From assembly GCA_002269645.1 (NCBI GenBank), contig NIVC01003094.1, positions 1 to 64,000 of the forward strand: DNA of 64,000 bases. Direction: 5' to 3'. Made by a program: the position numbers and the translations under genes. Numbering within the stretch: position 1 is the stretch's first letter; the number at the start of each line of letters is the position of its first letter. The DNA comes from Macrostomum lignano (Eukaryota). Shown here piece after piece: positions 21,935 through 34,792 of this stretch. The notes beneath the pieces are model-generated. The model searched no databases and had not been told where the DNA came from. It saw only the letters and a list, made by a program, of their open reading frames with translations.

Positions 21935-22865
21935 CAGCGGCGTCGCCACCGAAAAGGGGGACAGGGGGACATGCCCCCCAGTAAAAGCTATGAGAGGACA
22001 TACCAATGCTTTGTCCCACCACCCAACCTTGTGAGCCGTTATGGAAATCAATAATTTTGCTTCAGGACGACAATCTATAGCGCCTACGGCAAAAAAATGA
22101 GTGCCTGCGGCGCCAAAGTGAGTGCCTGTGGCGCTAAAATAAGTGCCTGCGGCGCTAAAATGAGTGTCTGCGGCGCTAAAATAAGTGCCTGCGGCGCTAA
22201 AATGAGTGCCTGTGGTGCCCAAATGAATGTCTGCGGCGCCAAAATGAGTGACTGCGGCGCCAAAGTGAGTGCCTGCGGCGCCAAAGTGAGATCTTGCGGC
22301 ACGAAAATGAGTGCTTGTGGTGCCCAAATGAGTGTCTGCGGCGCTAAAATAAGTGCCTGCGGCGCTAAAATGAGTGCTTGTGGTGCCCAAATGAGTGTCT
22401 GCGGCGCCAAAATGAGTGACTGCGGCGCCAAAGTGAGATCTTGCGGCGCCAAAATGAGTGTCTGCGGCGCCAAAATGAGTGTCTGCGGCGCCAAAATGAG
22501 TGTCTGCGGCGCCAAAATGAGTGTCTGCGGCGCCAAAATGAGTGACTGTGGCGCCAAAGTGAGATCTTGCGGCGCCAAAGTGAGAGCCTGTGGCACCAAA
22601 ATGAGTGACTGCGGCGCCAAAGTGAGAGCCTGCGGCGCCAAAATGAGTGACTGTGGCGCCAAAACGAGTGACTGTGGCGCCAAAATGAGTGCCTGCGGCG
22701 CCAAAAAGAGTGTCTGCGGCGCCGAAAAGAGTGCCTGCAGCGCTAAAAAGAGTGCCTGCGGCGCCAAAATGAGCGCTGACAACAGTGATGCTGAAAATAA
22801 TGTACATGCAATATGTGGAATTCTCGGCTTTGTCCCCTACCATAAAATCCATGGCGGCGCCCCTG
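21935..22865. mobile_element. hAT-like MITE with expanded internal 21-bp tandem array (~32 units)
   Basis: TIRs CAGCGGCGTCGCCA / TGGCGGCGCCCCTG. 8-bp TSD GCCTGGAT / GCCTGTAT (1 mismatch). Internal unit TGAGTGCCTGCGGCGCCAAAA. Confidence 0.85.
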
Positions 22866-23485
22866 GCCTGTATAGTAAAGTAAACAGAATTAGAGTCAGT
22901 GAAAAGTGGAAAGTGAAAGTGATGAAAACAAGTCTTTAAGTGTCTCGACTTTAGGGCAAAATTAATTATTAGAATTTATCTCTGCATGTGCAAATGCTAC
23001 TACTGTGTACAAACAGTAGTCACACGTGAAGAGTGGAAATTATCTGTGATTGATACGGTGGAGTTTATTGATTACTATTGCTAATTGCTGGCACTTGCCC
23101 CTTGTTATCTCTCACACCTTAATCAGTTTAAAAGCGGTGCAAGTTTCAGCTGTAGGCGAAAGGCATTGGAGGGCGGCCGCACGTGGTCGGGGTTGCATAT
23201 TCCACCGTACTACCAGAGATATCTAATCTATTGCACCGAGCAGGCTTCTCTGCTTTCTCTCTCGCCAGCAAACCAGTTAATATACGAATAGCACCTGGCA
23301 TTGAATCGTTTCAATAGTCGCCGCTTGTTATTCTCGAGCTACTAAAACGGTCAAAGATAAAGCGGAAAGACAAACAAATCTGAGCCAAGATTTTAAAGGT
23401 CTTGCTCACAGTTCAGAAATACGCCCAGTCATTTTTCGGCCGAGATCTGCTGCTCAGGGTTACAGTTTTTGAGTTGCATTCAGGA

Positions 23486-26400
23486 ATGCCTTCAATAGCG
23501 GCCAACAGGGACTCAAACTATGCGTCCATTGATTTTCACTATGGCGAGAATAGCGACGGCTACGGCGACACTCGCGGCTGTTGCTCGTCCCTGCGCCAGA
23601 TCACCTGGGCAAGCCTTCGGCAAGAGATTCAACTGCTGCTCAAGATTGGCTGGCCTGTGGTGAGTCGGGAGGGGGGTCTTCTTTGATAGTTGAGCTTGCT
23701 AGGTAGGACTGTGAAGGCTTTGCAAATTTTCTACATCAAACAGACCCTAAATTTCAAAAACTTGGGGGGGGGGTTCCAGGACATCACTGTACTTTTTCTG
23801 TGAACACACGCTGCTTCGTCATAAATTATATTCTATCATAAAGAGAAATCAATTCTGGAAAAATAGAAATAAACAGACTTACTTTCACACGCAACCTTTA
23901 TAATGGCATGATTAATAATTTCTGCCTTCGAAACAATGCACACCGTTTGCTAATGTAGAGTCTGTGCTTAAATCTTGTTCATGTCGCCACCAATGAGTCA
24001 TCGATCATTGCTCTGACAAGTCGCTTACATTTTCTGACTGAGCTGACATTCCCTATTGTGTAACAGTTCATGCTGTCAAATTTTAATTTATCTTTTTTTC
24101 AGATTGTAACCAATTTTTTAAACTTTGTCATCCTCTCCGAGAGTGTGATGATGTGCGGTCACCTCACGAAGGACGAACTTGATGGGGCTGCACTGGCCAA
24201 TAGTGTAAGCTGTGGCTGGGACTGGCGTGGCCTCGTGGGGCCAATCAGATGGAACTGGGCGTGGGGGGCTCTGAGGGGGAGGGGGCGATCATTTAAGGTG
24301 GGACTCTGTTCAGGTAAGTTCGAGGATCGGAAAGAAGCGGAGAGACAGATTTGTCTAAGAATGAGGGACCTTAGAGGCATGCAGATTCTCAATAATAATG
24401 AGGCAGATTCTCAATGGTAGTGAGGCAGATTCTCAATAATAATAAGGCAGATTCTCAATGGTAGTGAGGCAGATTCCCAATAAAACTGAGGCGTATTTTT
24501 AATGGTGGTGAGGCAGATTCTCAATAATAATGAGGCAGATTCTCAATAATAATGAGGCAGATTCTCAATAATAATGAGGCAGATTCTCAATAATAATGAG
24601 GCAGATTCTCAATAATAATGAGGCAGATTCTCAATAATAATGAGGCAGATTCTCAATAAAAGTGAGGCAGATTCTCAATAAAAGTGAGGCAGATTCTCAA
24701 TAATAATGAGGCAGATTCTCAATAAAAGTGAGGCAGATTCTCAATAAAAGTGAGGCAGATTCTCAATAAAAGTGAGGCAGATTCTCAATAATAATGAGGC
24801 AGATTCTCAATAATAATGAGGCAGATTCTCAATAATAATGAGGCAGATTCTCAATAAAAGTGAGGCAGATTCTCAATAAAAGTGAGGCAGATTCTCAATA
24901 ATAATGAGGCAGATTCTCAATAATAATGAGGCAGATTCTCAATAATAATGAGGCAGATTCTCAATAAAAGTGAGGCAGATTCTCAATAAAAGTGAGGCAG
25001 ATTCTCAATAATAATGAGGCAGATTCTCAATAATAATGAGGCAGATTCTCAATAATAATGAGGCAGATTCTCAATAAAAGTGAGGCAGATTCTCAATAAT
25101 AATGAGGCAGATTCTCAATAATAATAAGGCAGATTCTCAATGGTAGTGAGGCAGATTCCCAATAAAACTGAGGCGTATTTTTAATGGTGGTGAGGCAGAT
25201 TCTCAATAATAATGAGGCAGATTCTCAATAATAATGAGGCAGATTCTCAATAATAATGAGGCAGATTCTCAATAATAATGAGGCAGATTCTCAATAATAA
25301 TGAGGCAGATTCTCAATAATAATGAGGCAGATTCTCAATAATAATGAGGCAGATTCTCAATAAAAGTGAGGCAGATTCTCAATAATAATGAGGCAGATTC
25401 TCAATAAAAGTGAGGCAGATTCTCAATAATAATGAGGCAGATTCTCAATAATAATGAGGCAGATTCTCAATAAAAGTGAGGCAGATTCTCAATAAAAGTG
25501 AGGCAGATTCTCAATAAAAGTGAGGCAGATTCTCAATAATAATGAGGCAGATTCTCAATAATAATGAGGCAGATTCTCAATAATAATGAGGCAGATTCTC
25601 AATAAAAGTGAGGCAGATTCTCAATAAAAGTGAGGCAGATTCTCAATAATAATGAGGCAGATTCTCAATAATAATGAGGCAGATTCTCAATAAAAGTGAG
25701 GCAGATTCTCAATAAAAGTGAGGCAGATTCTCAATAAAAGTGAGGCAGATTCTCAATAATAATGAGGCAGATTCTCAATAATAATGAGGCAGATTCTCAA
25801 TAATAATGAGGCAGATTCTCAATAATAATGAGGCAGATTCTCAATAATAATGAGGCAGATTCTCAATAAAAGTGAGGCAGATTCTCAATAATAATGAGGC
25901 AGATTCTCAATAATAATGAGGCAGATTCTCAATAATAATGAGGCAGATTCTCAATAATAATGAGGCAGATTCTCAATAATAATGAGGCAGATTCTCAATA
26001 ATAATGAGGCAGATTCTCAATAATAATGAGGCAGATTCTCAATAATAATGAGGCAGATTCTCAATAATAATGAGGCAGATTCTCAATAATAATGAGGCAG
26101 ATTCTCAATAAAAGTGAGGCAGATTCTCAATAAAAGTGAGGCAGATTCTCAATAAAAGTGAGGCAGATTCTCAATAAAAGTGAGGCAGATTCTCAAGCGG
26201 GCGGAGAGGCAGATTCTTAAGGACGGAGAGGCAGATTCTTAAGGACGGAGAGGCAGATTCTTAAGGGCGGAGAGGCAGATTCTTAAGAACGAAGAGACAG
26301 ATTCTTAAGGACGGAGAGGCAGATTCTTAAGGGCGGAGAGGCAGATTCTCAAGCGGGCGGAGAGGCAGATTCTCAAGCGGGCGGAGAGGCAGATTCTTAA

Positions 26401-29400
26401 GGACGGAGAGGCAGATTCTTAAGGACGGAGAGGCAGATTCTTAAGGGCGGAGAGGCAGATTCTTAAGGACGGAGAGGCAGATTCTCATGGGCGGAGAGGC
26501 AGATTCTCATGGGCGGAGAGGCAGATTCTCATGGGCGGAGAGGCAGATCAGAAAGCGAACAATTAAGATGCCATACCTCAGAACGATCGCTGCCTTGAAA
26601 GCATCGAATTCCCACCCACTGTACAGCTGATCAACGCCCTGGGGCTCAGCATCGGCGTCGGCCTGTGCACCGGATGCGACACCCTGTTCTCGCAGTCCTA
26701 CGGCAGCGTCAACAAGAGGCGGATGGGCACCTACCTGCTGCAGAGTGAGTGGAATTCTTGTGAGGTATTAATCTACTGGAGTAAGCAAATTGATATTAAA
26801 GTTCACAAGATCCTTCAAGAAAGATATTGTAAATAAGAAAACCGTAATAAAAGATAAAATTAGATAACTCAATTATAAAACAGTAACTGTTCAGCCTTCA
26901 AAAGTTTTCTAAGAAACAAGTGTTTCGCCCATCTATTTTTTTCATCCTTGATAATAACTTTATCAAGTCTGGCGCTCCGACTGACGAAATTAAATGCCGC
27001 AATAAAACCCCAGGTCTGATGATAATTGGCCTGTTTCCGTTTCTGATCTGGGCGGTGCACATCAACATCCTGCCGATACTGCTGGCGCTTGGCCAGCTGC
27101 CCAACGTGTCTCTGTGAGAATCTGCGCGATAATACTGAGTTTTATCGAGTGTCAGGGAGTGAGGATGGTGTGAGAGTCAGGGAGTGTGGATGGTGTGAGA
27201 GTCAGGGGTTGAGGGTGGCATGAGAGTCAGGAGGTGAGGGTGGCATGAGAGTCAGGGGGTGAGGGTGGCATGAGAGTCCGGGGTGAGGGTGGCATGAGAG
27301 TCAGAGAGTGAGATGGGATAAGAGTCAGAGAGTGAGGTGGCATGACAGTCAGTAAGTGAGGTAGGATGAGAGTCAGGGAGTGAGGTGTGAAGCGTGAGAG
27401 TCAGTGAGTGAGGTAGGATGAGAGTCAGGGTGTGAGGCGGGTGGCATGAGAGTCAGTAAGTGAGGTAGGATGAGAGTCAGGGAGTGAGGTATGAAGCGTG
27501 AGAGTCAGTGAGTGAGGTGGGGTGAGAGTCAGTGAGTGAGAGTTATCAAGCCGCTCACCTCATTGCCACAACGCACTGGCATTTCAGCCTGGCAGCCGAG
27601 TACATGCTGTGGTTCTCACCAGGGGTCATAGTAAGTGACCAGATTCCTACAGTTGCCGCTCAGACTTGGCGGGCACAAAGACCAATGTCGTTATTGTTAT
27701 TGTTCATAATAATTCCAGTTCAACTTTTTCTACCTGATCCTGGCTCGGTACTTGCAAAATCAGGACCGAGTCTACGCGCCAATGCTCTGCGCAGTGGCTG
27801 GCAACGTTTTCAATTTGATCTCGCAGTACCTCTGCATCTACGTGTGGAACTTCGGCTTCGTGTGAGTCGTCAGTTTTCATAGGTTTTCAGTTTTTGGCGT
27901 CGTTCGGTGCGTTTTGCTCGAGCGCTTACCTCCCCCAGCCATGGACGCTCACCCTATGGATACTTACTCCCGAGTCAAAGACACTCACCCTATGGATACT
28001 TACTCCCGAGTCAAAGACACTCACCCTATGGATACTTACTCCCGAGTCAAAGACACTCACCCTATGGATACTTACTCCCGAGTCAAAGACACTCACCCTA
28101 TGGATACTTACTCCCGAGTCAAAGACACTCACCCTATGGATACTTACTCCCGAGTCAAAGACACTCACCCTATGGATACTTACTCCCGAGTCAAAGACAC
28201 TCACCCTATGGATACTTACTCCCGAGTCAAAGACACTCACCCTATGGATACTTACTCCCGAGTCAAAGACACTCACCCTATGGATACTTACTCCCGAGTC
28301 AAAGACACTCACCCTATGGATACTTACTCCCGAGTCAAAGACACTCACCCTATGGACGCACCCCCCCCAAGGCGACTCGAGTCAAGGACACTCACCCTAT
28401 GGACGCACCCCCCCCCGAGCGACTCAAGTCAAGGACACTCACCCTATGGACGCACCCCCCAAGCGACTCGAGTCAAGGACACTTACCCGATGGACACTTA
28501 CCCCTTCCCCGAGTCAAGGACACTCACGCTATGGACAGACCCCCTGAGTCAAGGACACTCGCACTATGGACACACCCCCGAGTCAAAAGCACTCACCCTA
28601 TGGACACACCCCTGAGTCAAGGATACTCATCCTATGGATACACCCCGAGCGACTCGAGTCAAGAACACCCCAGAGTCATCCAGAGTCAAGGACACTCACC
28701 CTATGGACACACCCCCGAGTCAAGGACACTCACCCTATGGACACGCCCCTGAGTCAAGGACACCCTCCTATAGGACACTAATCCTATGGACACCTCACCA
28801 TATGGGCACTTCCCTAAGTGATGGACACTCATATTACCTCAGGTCTGCCCCACCCCACCTCTGGCCTGGCACTTAAATAAATTCTCATTGATTCGAAGTT
28901 TGACCCTCTCTTTGCCTTCCACTTCATGGAAGTTGTGTTTGTGCATGACATGCACAAACAGCGCCTCACGCAGCACCAGCTGCAGATAACCCGATCCCAG
29001 CTCTCCCCATTTCACTCTCGCCCAGTTCGAGCGCAGTCTGCCAGGCCCTGACCTTCGTCATCATGTTCGTCCTGCTGATTGGTTACATCGTCTTCAGCCA
29101 TGTGTACGTGGAGACCTGGAATGGCTGGGACGTAGAGAGCCTCTTCAACTGGTGGCAGTTTCTCAAGCTGGCCCTGCCGGGAATGGGAATGGTCAGCTTG
29201 GAAACCTTCTGCTGGGAGGTTGGCACCTTTGTGGCCGGTGAGTGGCGCTTGACTAACTGCCGAACAACTGACTGAGCTTCTAAATGTGCACTTATAAAAA
29301 CCAGAAAAGCTGGTTCATTAATCTTTCTTCCTCAAGAGTCTCGAGTCAAAATAAAAACAGTGAAATTAACGCAGCCATGCCCATTCCTGAGCAGTCACAC

Positions 29401-30477
29401 GGACACGCACGCAGGCTCACACTCATACGATATAAAAATCTCTCCGCAGGCTACATGGGCGAGGAAGAGCTGGGCGCTCAGTCTATCCTATTTCAAACTG
29501 AAACCTGGACTTTCATGGTAAGCCAGTCCCAACTCTGGGGGCATCAAGCCCGAGTGAGCTAACGGTAGATAGATTAAAGTGACACTCCGAAACGCACCCG
29601 CAGATTGCTCTCGGCCTGTCGATTGCGGTCAACATCCGGGTTGGCCAGAGCCTGGGCGCTCTGAACGGCAGCCGGGCCAAGCTGGTGTGGCTGGCCGGCT
29701 GCTGCTGCCTGCTCTGCTCGGCCACCGTCACTACCATCATCTTCATCACCTGCCGCAGCCTGCTGCCCTACATGTTTACTAACGACGCGTACGTTAATCA
29801 CTGCTAAAGTGCATCTCATATAACGCTTTTGCCTTCTAGTAGGTCGTTTGGTGTTTCAGTTTCGCGTGTAGTCTCGGGGCTATTCAACAACTGATACCTG
29901 GTATAAGCAATATTGAATCGCCTATTAACAAGTAGCGAGAAGGATTTTCAAGCGAAAAAAAAGTTAAACGCAGAAAGTTAGATTGAACTTCGAACGTCAT
30001 ACGCGGGTGCCTACGGATAAGTAGGTTCGTAAATGTACATGTAGATAGGCAGTTGAAGGCTGCAAGTAATAAGGCCACTATGTACATCAGTAGTGTGGCT
30101 CGATAGCTCCTTTGATTTTTTCGGCGTGAACGAGCGCTAGAAAACTCACGAGACCGGTCTGGGTCTCTCACGAGTATTGTAGTAAGTAGTAAGTAGTAAA
30201 GTAAGTTTCTCGCCCGACTCAATCTTCACTTTTCCCTCCTCCGCAGGAACATAGCCGCCATCGCTGCCGGCATATTCCCAGTGCTCGGCCTGTTCCAATT
30301 CATCGACGGCATCAGCTGCATCTCAGCTGGCGCTCTGCGCGGCTGCGGCCGCCAAGCCACCGGCGCCCTGCTGGTCATCACGGCCTACTACATCATCGGT
30401 CTGCCCGTCGGAATTCCGGTGGCTCTCACCACCTCGTTGAGGGTATTCGGTGAGTGTGCTTGGATACAGTTATGAGC

Positions 30478-30543
<66 letters not shown>

Positions 30544-32105
30544 CAGAGAGTTCTTCACCATCGGAGCTCGCACACCCACACAGATACTCGTACATACGAC
30601 GGCACATATTCGCGCAGGGTAGACAAGCGGCATGCATTCATCAAACAATTTGCGGGTGAATTGCCGTGAAAACAGAAGCTCTGGACGCACAAATACCCGA
30701 ATCGATCTTCCACCAGGCCTGTGGCTCGGCCTGCTAATCGGCATCTGCATCACGGCTCCGACCTACATTTTCCTGCTCTGCCGGCAGGACTGGAACCGCC
30801 AGGCTGAGCTGGCCCAGGAGCGAATTCAGGTGGCGGAGGAGCGGCAGCAGGTGTACGACACCGAGGCCGAGCTGGAGGACTCCGGGCGGTCACCTTCCAC
30901 CAAGGCTAAGCGGGCCGCCTCTGAAGCCACAGGTGAGCTGATGTTTAACCAATGTGTGCAAGTTCGCATTACCGTTCGTAGCTCCGAGGATCGGAGATCG
31001 CTCAAACAAAGGGGTTGGCAAACTCCGGCCCGCCAAGCCTCTCTATCCGGCCCTCGGGTCTTTGAAACTTCAAAGTAGCAACCCGACTCAAGGTTTGTGT
31101 CTCTTCTCAGCCTTCTCTAGAATCTCCTCTCCCTTCTTTCCTCTCTCCCTTCTCTCTTATCTCCTTTCTCTCCTCTCCCTTCTCTCTTCTCCCCTTACTC
31201 CTCTCCCCTTCTCTCCTCTCCCTTCTTTCCTCTCCCTTCTCTCCTCTCCCCTCTCTCTTCTCCCTCTCTCTTCTCCCCTCACGTTCTCTTTTCCCTTTTC
31301 TCTCTTCTCCCTTCTCCCTTCTCTTCTTTCCCTTCTCTTCTCTCCGTTTTCTCCTCTCCCTTCTCTCCTATACCTTCTCGAATCTCTTGTCCCTTCTCTT
31401 TCTCTCTCCTCTCCTTTCTTCTCCTCCCCCCCCCTGGCCCGCAGTCATACGCTAGATTCTCCATCTAGCCCTTCCTTGAGATAAAAAGTTTCCAGTCCAA
31501 CCCCTACTCAAACCCATCGGCGCAGAGCCATTTAAGAATTGATTGAACCAAACTGTGGCCCGTGGAGCTGCTGTAGCAGAAATTTGTGAGCCGGCAATTA
31601 AGCGCCAGAATGCAAGAACCAGAAGTGATGCTCCGGACTATCTGCGGTACGCCCGATCAGTCAATTGAATTACTGTATCACATGGGAGTCAAGGCTTTCT
31701 AAGCGACTCCCAAATCCTCCAAAATCCCCTCGTCCGCTGCCCTCCGCAGCCCTCCTGGACGACTCGCCTGGTGCAAGACGCCTGTCAACGGCATCAGCAG
31801 GCGGCGGCAGGCGTCACAGGCGGCGGATGCCGAGCAACCCGGCATTCGTGAGCAGCATCCGGGTGGTGCCGCTGCGCATTAAGCCGCACGCTGGCGACCC
31901 GAAAAAGATTTGGCGCATGGCCCTGACCCGACTGGCTATCGGGCTGGCCTGCCTCGGCATCCTGCTGATTGGCGTGATCGGCCGAGTCGCCACCCAGAAC
32001 GTCTACTACAATGGTAACGACGGCGGCGGCTTGAACGAGACTACGACGGTGAATTCAACGGCGATAGAGTTGACAACTGTGGTGGTGGCTGCTTTGGCGA
32101 ATTGA
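23486..32105 (+). CDS. SLC47A: MATE family multidrug and toxin extrusion transporter (SLC47A-like), 12 exons, with 13th TM helix
   Basis: Exons 23486-23659, 24103-24204, 26627-26744, 27014-27113, 27588-27630, 27719-27861, 29026-29237, 29450-29517, 29604-29788, 30247-30449, 30717-30932, 31750-32105. Motifs GCDTLFSQSYG, RYLQNQ, LETFCWEVGTF, ELGAQSI, NIRVGQSLGA, LRGCGRQ. Phases all consistent. Confidence 0.95.
24381..26548. repeat. 22-bp satellite GAGGCAGATTCTCAATAATAAT / ...AATAAAAGT, ~98 copies, MATE intron 2
   Basis: Direct reading; switches to GC-rich ...CTTAAGGACGGA variants after ~26195. Confidence 0.97.
27155..27540. repeat. G-rich GAGAGTCAGGG.GTGAGG minisatellite, MATE intron 4
   Basis: Direct reading. 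Confidence 0.85.
27939..28790. repeat. 36-bp minisatellite TGGATACTTACTCCCGAGTCAAAGACACTCACCCTA (11 perfect plus degenerate copies), MATE intron 6
   Basis: Direct reading. Confidence 0.95.
30481..30549. repeat. (GA)n microsatellite
   Basis: Direct reading. Confidence 0.95.
31120..31430. repeat. CT-rich low-complexity tract, MATE last intron
   Basis: Direct reading. Confidence 0.85.
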
Positions 32106-33021
32106 AATACTGCAATGTAGTAGTTCAGACAATTATTATCGAATGTGGAATATGATAAGCACAATTTACATTTAGTTAGTGCCAGGGAAACCTCTCATTT
32201 AGTTACTTTGTAATGTTTATTGATAGATGAACACCTCATATTCTATTCCAGTCATGGATTTTAACGCTGAAGGCTCTTCCACACCCTTCGTGAATTGAGT
32301 CATGGAATTTTGTAGCAGTGCAAAGCGACGAAAAAGTACATGTATGTAAAATTGGTCTTACTCAATTGCGGTGTGAACGAGTCTCTCGTACACTAGACAG
32401 CATTATTTAGTTAGAAAACATACGAGTAAGTAATCCAATCCCCATGCTTGATAGTCCTCAAGTGATCAAATACCGTATTGAACATTATCTCTTGTTCAGT
32501 AAGGTGCTGCTCTGGTGCCATTTTACAAATGTATAAAAACTAGTGATATACTATAATGCTAACAATATAAACACGTTCGCCTTAATCTGGCTTGAATATA
32601 AGCCTGTGTTAATCCACAACAATTTTATGCACAAAGGATAAATAAGACTACGTCGACCATTTAGTTTAATGCTATTGCGCAGAGACGCGTCAGCGCGTGA
32701 GTCACAGAAGGCCCAATTTGCACACCGAGAGCTAAAAATAGATCCGGGCCAGTGCGACCATTCACCCATCAATGTACAGACAGATTCAGTCAGGTTCTAA
32801 AAATAGACACAAGAGAGGAAATCCCTCTCCGCAGTTGGGCGGCCTGGGGGCTCCATGACTGCTTTTCAACCTCTGCCAGCGTGGCAGAATCCAAACAAGA
32901 AACAGTATTTAAGCTGGATTTACAGCCAGCGCGCACACCAAGAAGGCATACGCAGGCAAGATCTGCTACGCAGAAATCAACAATCGCTTTAACGAGAGTA
33001 GGAGCAATTACAAAAGAGTTC

Positions 33022-33677
33022 ATGGACTACGACTATCTGTTTAAGCTGGTGCTCACTGGCTGCAGTTCAGTAGGTAAGACCAGCCTGCTTCATCGATTCA
33101 TGGACGACGAATTCCTGACCGTGGGCATACCGACAATCGGCGTGGACTTCCGCATCAAGCAGGTGAACATCGATGGTCAGCAGGTGAAGCTACAGATCTG
33201 GGACTCGGCTGGTCAGGAGCGCTTCCAGGCGCTAACCAGACAGTATTACCGAAATGCGAGCGCGCTCTGTGTGGTCTATGACGTCACCGACTACACCAGC
33301 TTTGAGCGGGTGGCCGACTGGCTAGCCGAATTCGAGCTGTACGGCTGCACGGGGCGCCAAAGTACCTGGTTGGCAACAAGAACGACCTGCCCGAGGCTCG
33401 GCGCCAGGTACCCCGTCAGCAGGCTGAGGAATTTGCCAACAGACGCGGCCTGATCTTCTTCGAGACGTCGGCTCGCACGGGTGAACACGTGCAGGACATG
33501 TTCCTTGGCATTGCGGAGGTCCTGCTGGGCATGGCCAAGAGGCAGGAGCTGCTGCCTCTGAACCGAGGCGCCGGGGCAGCGCCCAAGCTGCCCGGTCCGG
33601 CCACCCGGCCAGTGGGGGTGCCGTCCACTGTCCGACTTGGACAGAAGATTCAAGGTGCTCTGTCCTGCTGCCAGTGA
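33022..33677 (+). CDS. Intronless Rab-family small GTPase (Rab1/8/35-like N-terminus), with a 1-nt frameshift at the G-run 33351-33354
   Basis: MDYDYLFKLVLTGCSSVGKTS, PTIGVDF, WDSAGQERF. Adding one G to GGGG restores GAPKYLVGNKND...FFETSAR... and the C-terminal prenylation motif CCQ*. Confidence 0.88.
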
Positions 33678-33751
33678 CTCCAGTGACACTAGCCAATGAA
33701 TCAATGGTAGAGACCGTGACTTAATTACACTCTATGTGCTCTTATTGTGAA

Positions 33752-34088
33752 CAGGGGCGTCGCCACCGGGGGGGGGGGACAGGGGGGACATGTCCCCCCA
33801 GTAAAAGTTATGGGGGGGACATGCCAATTCTTTGTCCACCACGTACCCACCTTTGTTGACCTGTTATGGAAATCAATAATTTTGCTTTAGGGAGACAAAA
33901 CATAGTGCCTGCGGCACCAAAATGAGTGCCTGCGGCGCCAAAATGAGTGCCTGGGGCGCTAAAATGAGCGCTGACAACACTGATTCCTCCAATAGTGTAC
34001 ATGTAGGAATTTAGTCATGTACAAGTACATAAAGAATTCTTGGCTTTGTCCCCCGGCCCCCACCATAAAATAAATGGCGACGCTCCTG
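33752..34088. mobile_element. Second copy of the same hAT-like MITE (~3 internal units)
   Basis: TIRs CAGGGGCGTCGCCA / TGGCGACGCTCCTG. 8-bp TSD ATTGTGAA / ATTGTGGA. Subterminal sequence is shared with 21935-22865. Confidence 0.85.
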
Positions 34089-34792
34089 ATTGTGGACATT
34101 CTATCATACCTGGTCTATCATATGTTAATAAATTCATCGCAGAAATTGTGTTACTTATATTGTACTACTATACATACAAATATAAACTACGACTAAAATT
34201 ACTGTCTTTGTTCCGTTCGAGCGATTAAAGTTGTACAATGGCGCGGCCTTTATTTACTATTTGATACCATTGCAAATTTACATGAAGCTATACATGTAGC
34301 TTTCGCTATGCCTGCTGGAACGCATCATACTTGTAGCAACAAATTTTGTATACTCAACCAAGAACTCACTTTTTTAGTCAAAATAGCTACGCAAATGTTA
34401 GCTCGGCAAGTCATGCTTTATGTATATTTCGTACAGAACAGAGCAAATGCTTTAATAAGTATCAGATATAAAAATGGTCACATTAAAGTGCCACATTTCT
34501 CAACTTAATCTGAGCCTGAATGCTCACAGCATAAACCACAGATTCTAATATCTGAGTCTCTGTGGCCTAGTAAACCTCGGGGTTTGGGCCACAGACATCA
34601 GCTGTTGCTGCAGAAGCTGTAGCTGTAGCATAGCTCGTAAACACCATAGTGGAAGCCAATTCACGGTCAATGGTCTATGGTGCTAAAACCCTGGATTTGA
34701 CCTCCACTAAATAATGCAATTTGGCTGACTGAGATACACACAGAGAAATGCAGTAGTGACTACTATATAGTAGGAATACTAGCAGCAGCGGG

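Noticed and set aside
24381-28790. Regular 22-bp and 36-bp arrays (also the 33- and 37-bp arrays) as CRISPR
   Set aside because: Units are head-to-tail with no unique spacers, there are no cas genes, and the context is eukaryotic introns.
32752-33021. N-terminal extension of the Rab ORF from an upstream GTG
   Set aside because: Non-ATG start; the Rab-like sequence begins cleanly at ATG 33022.
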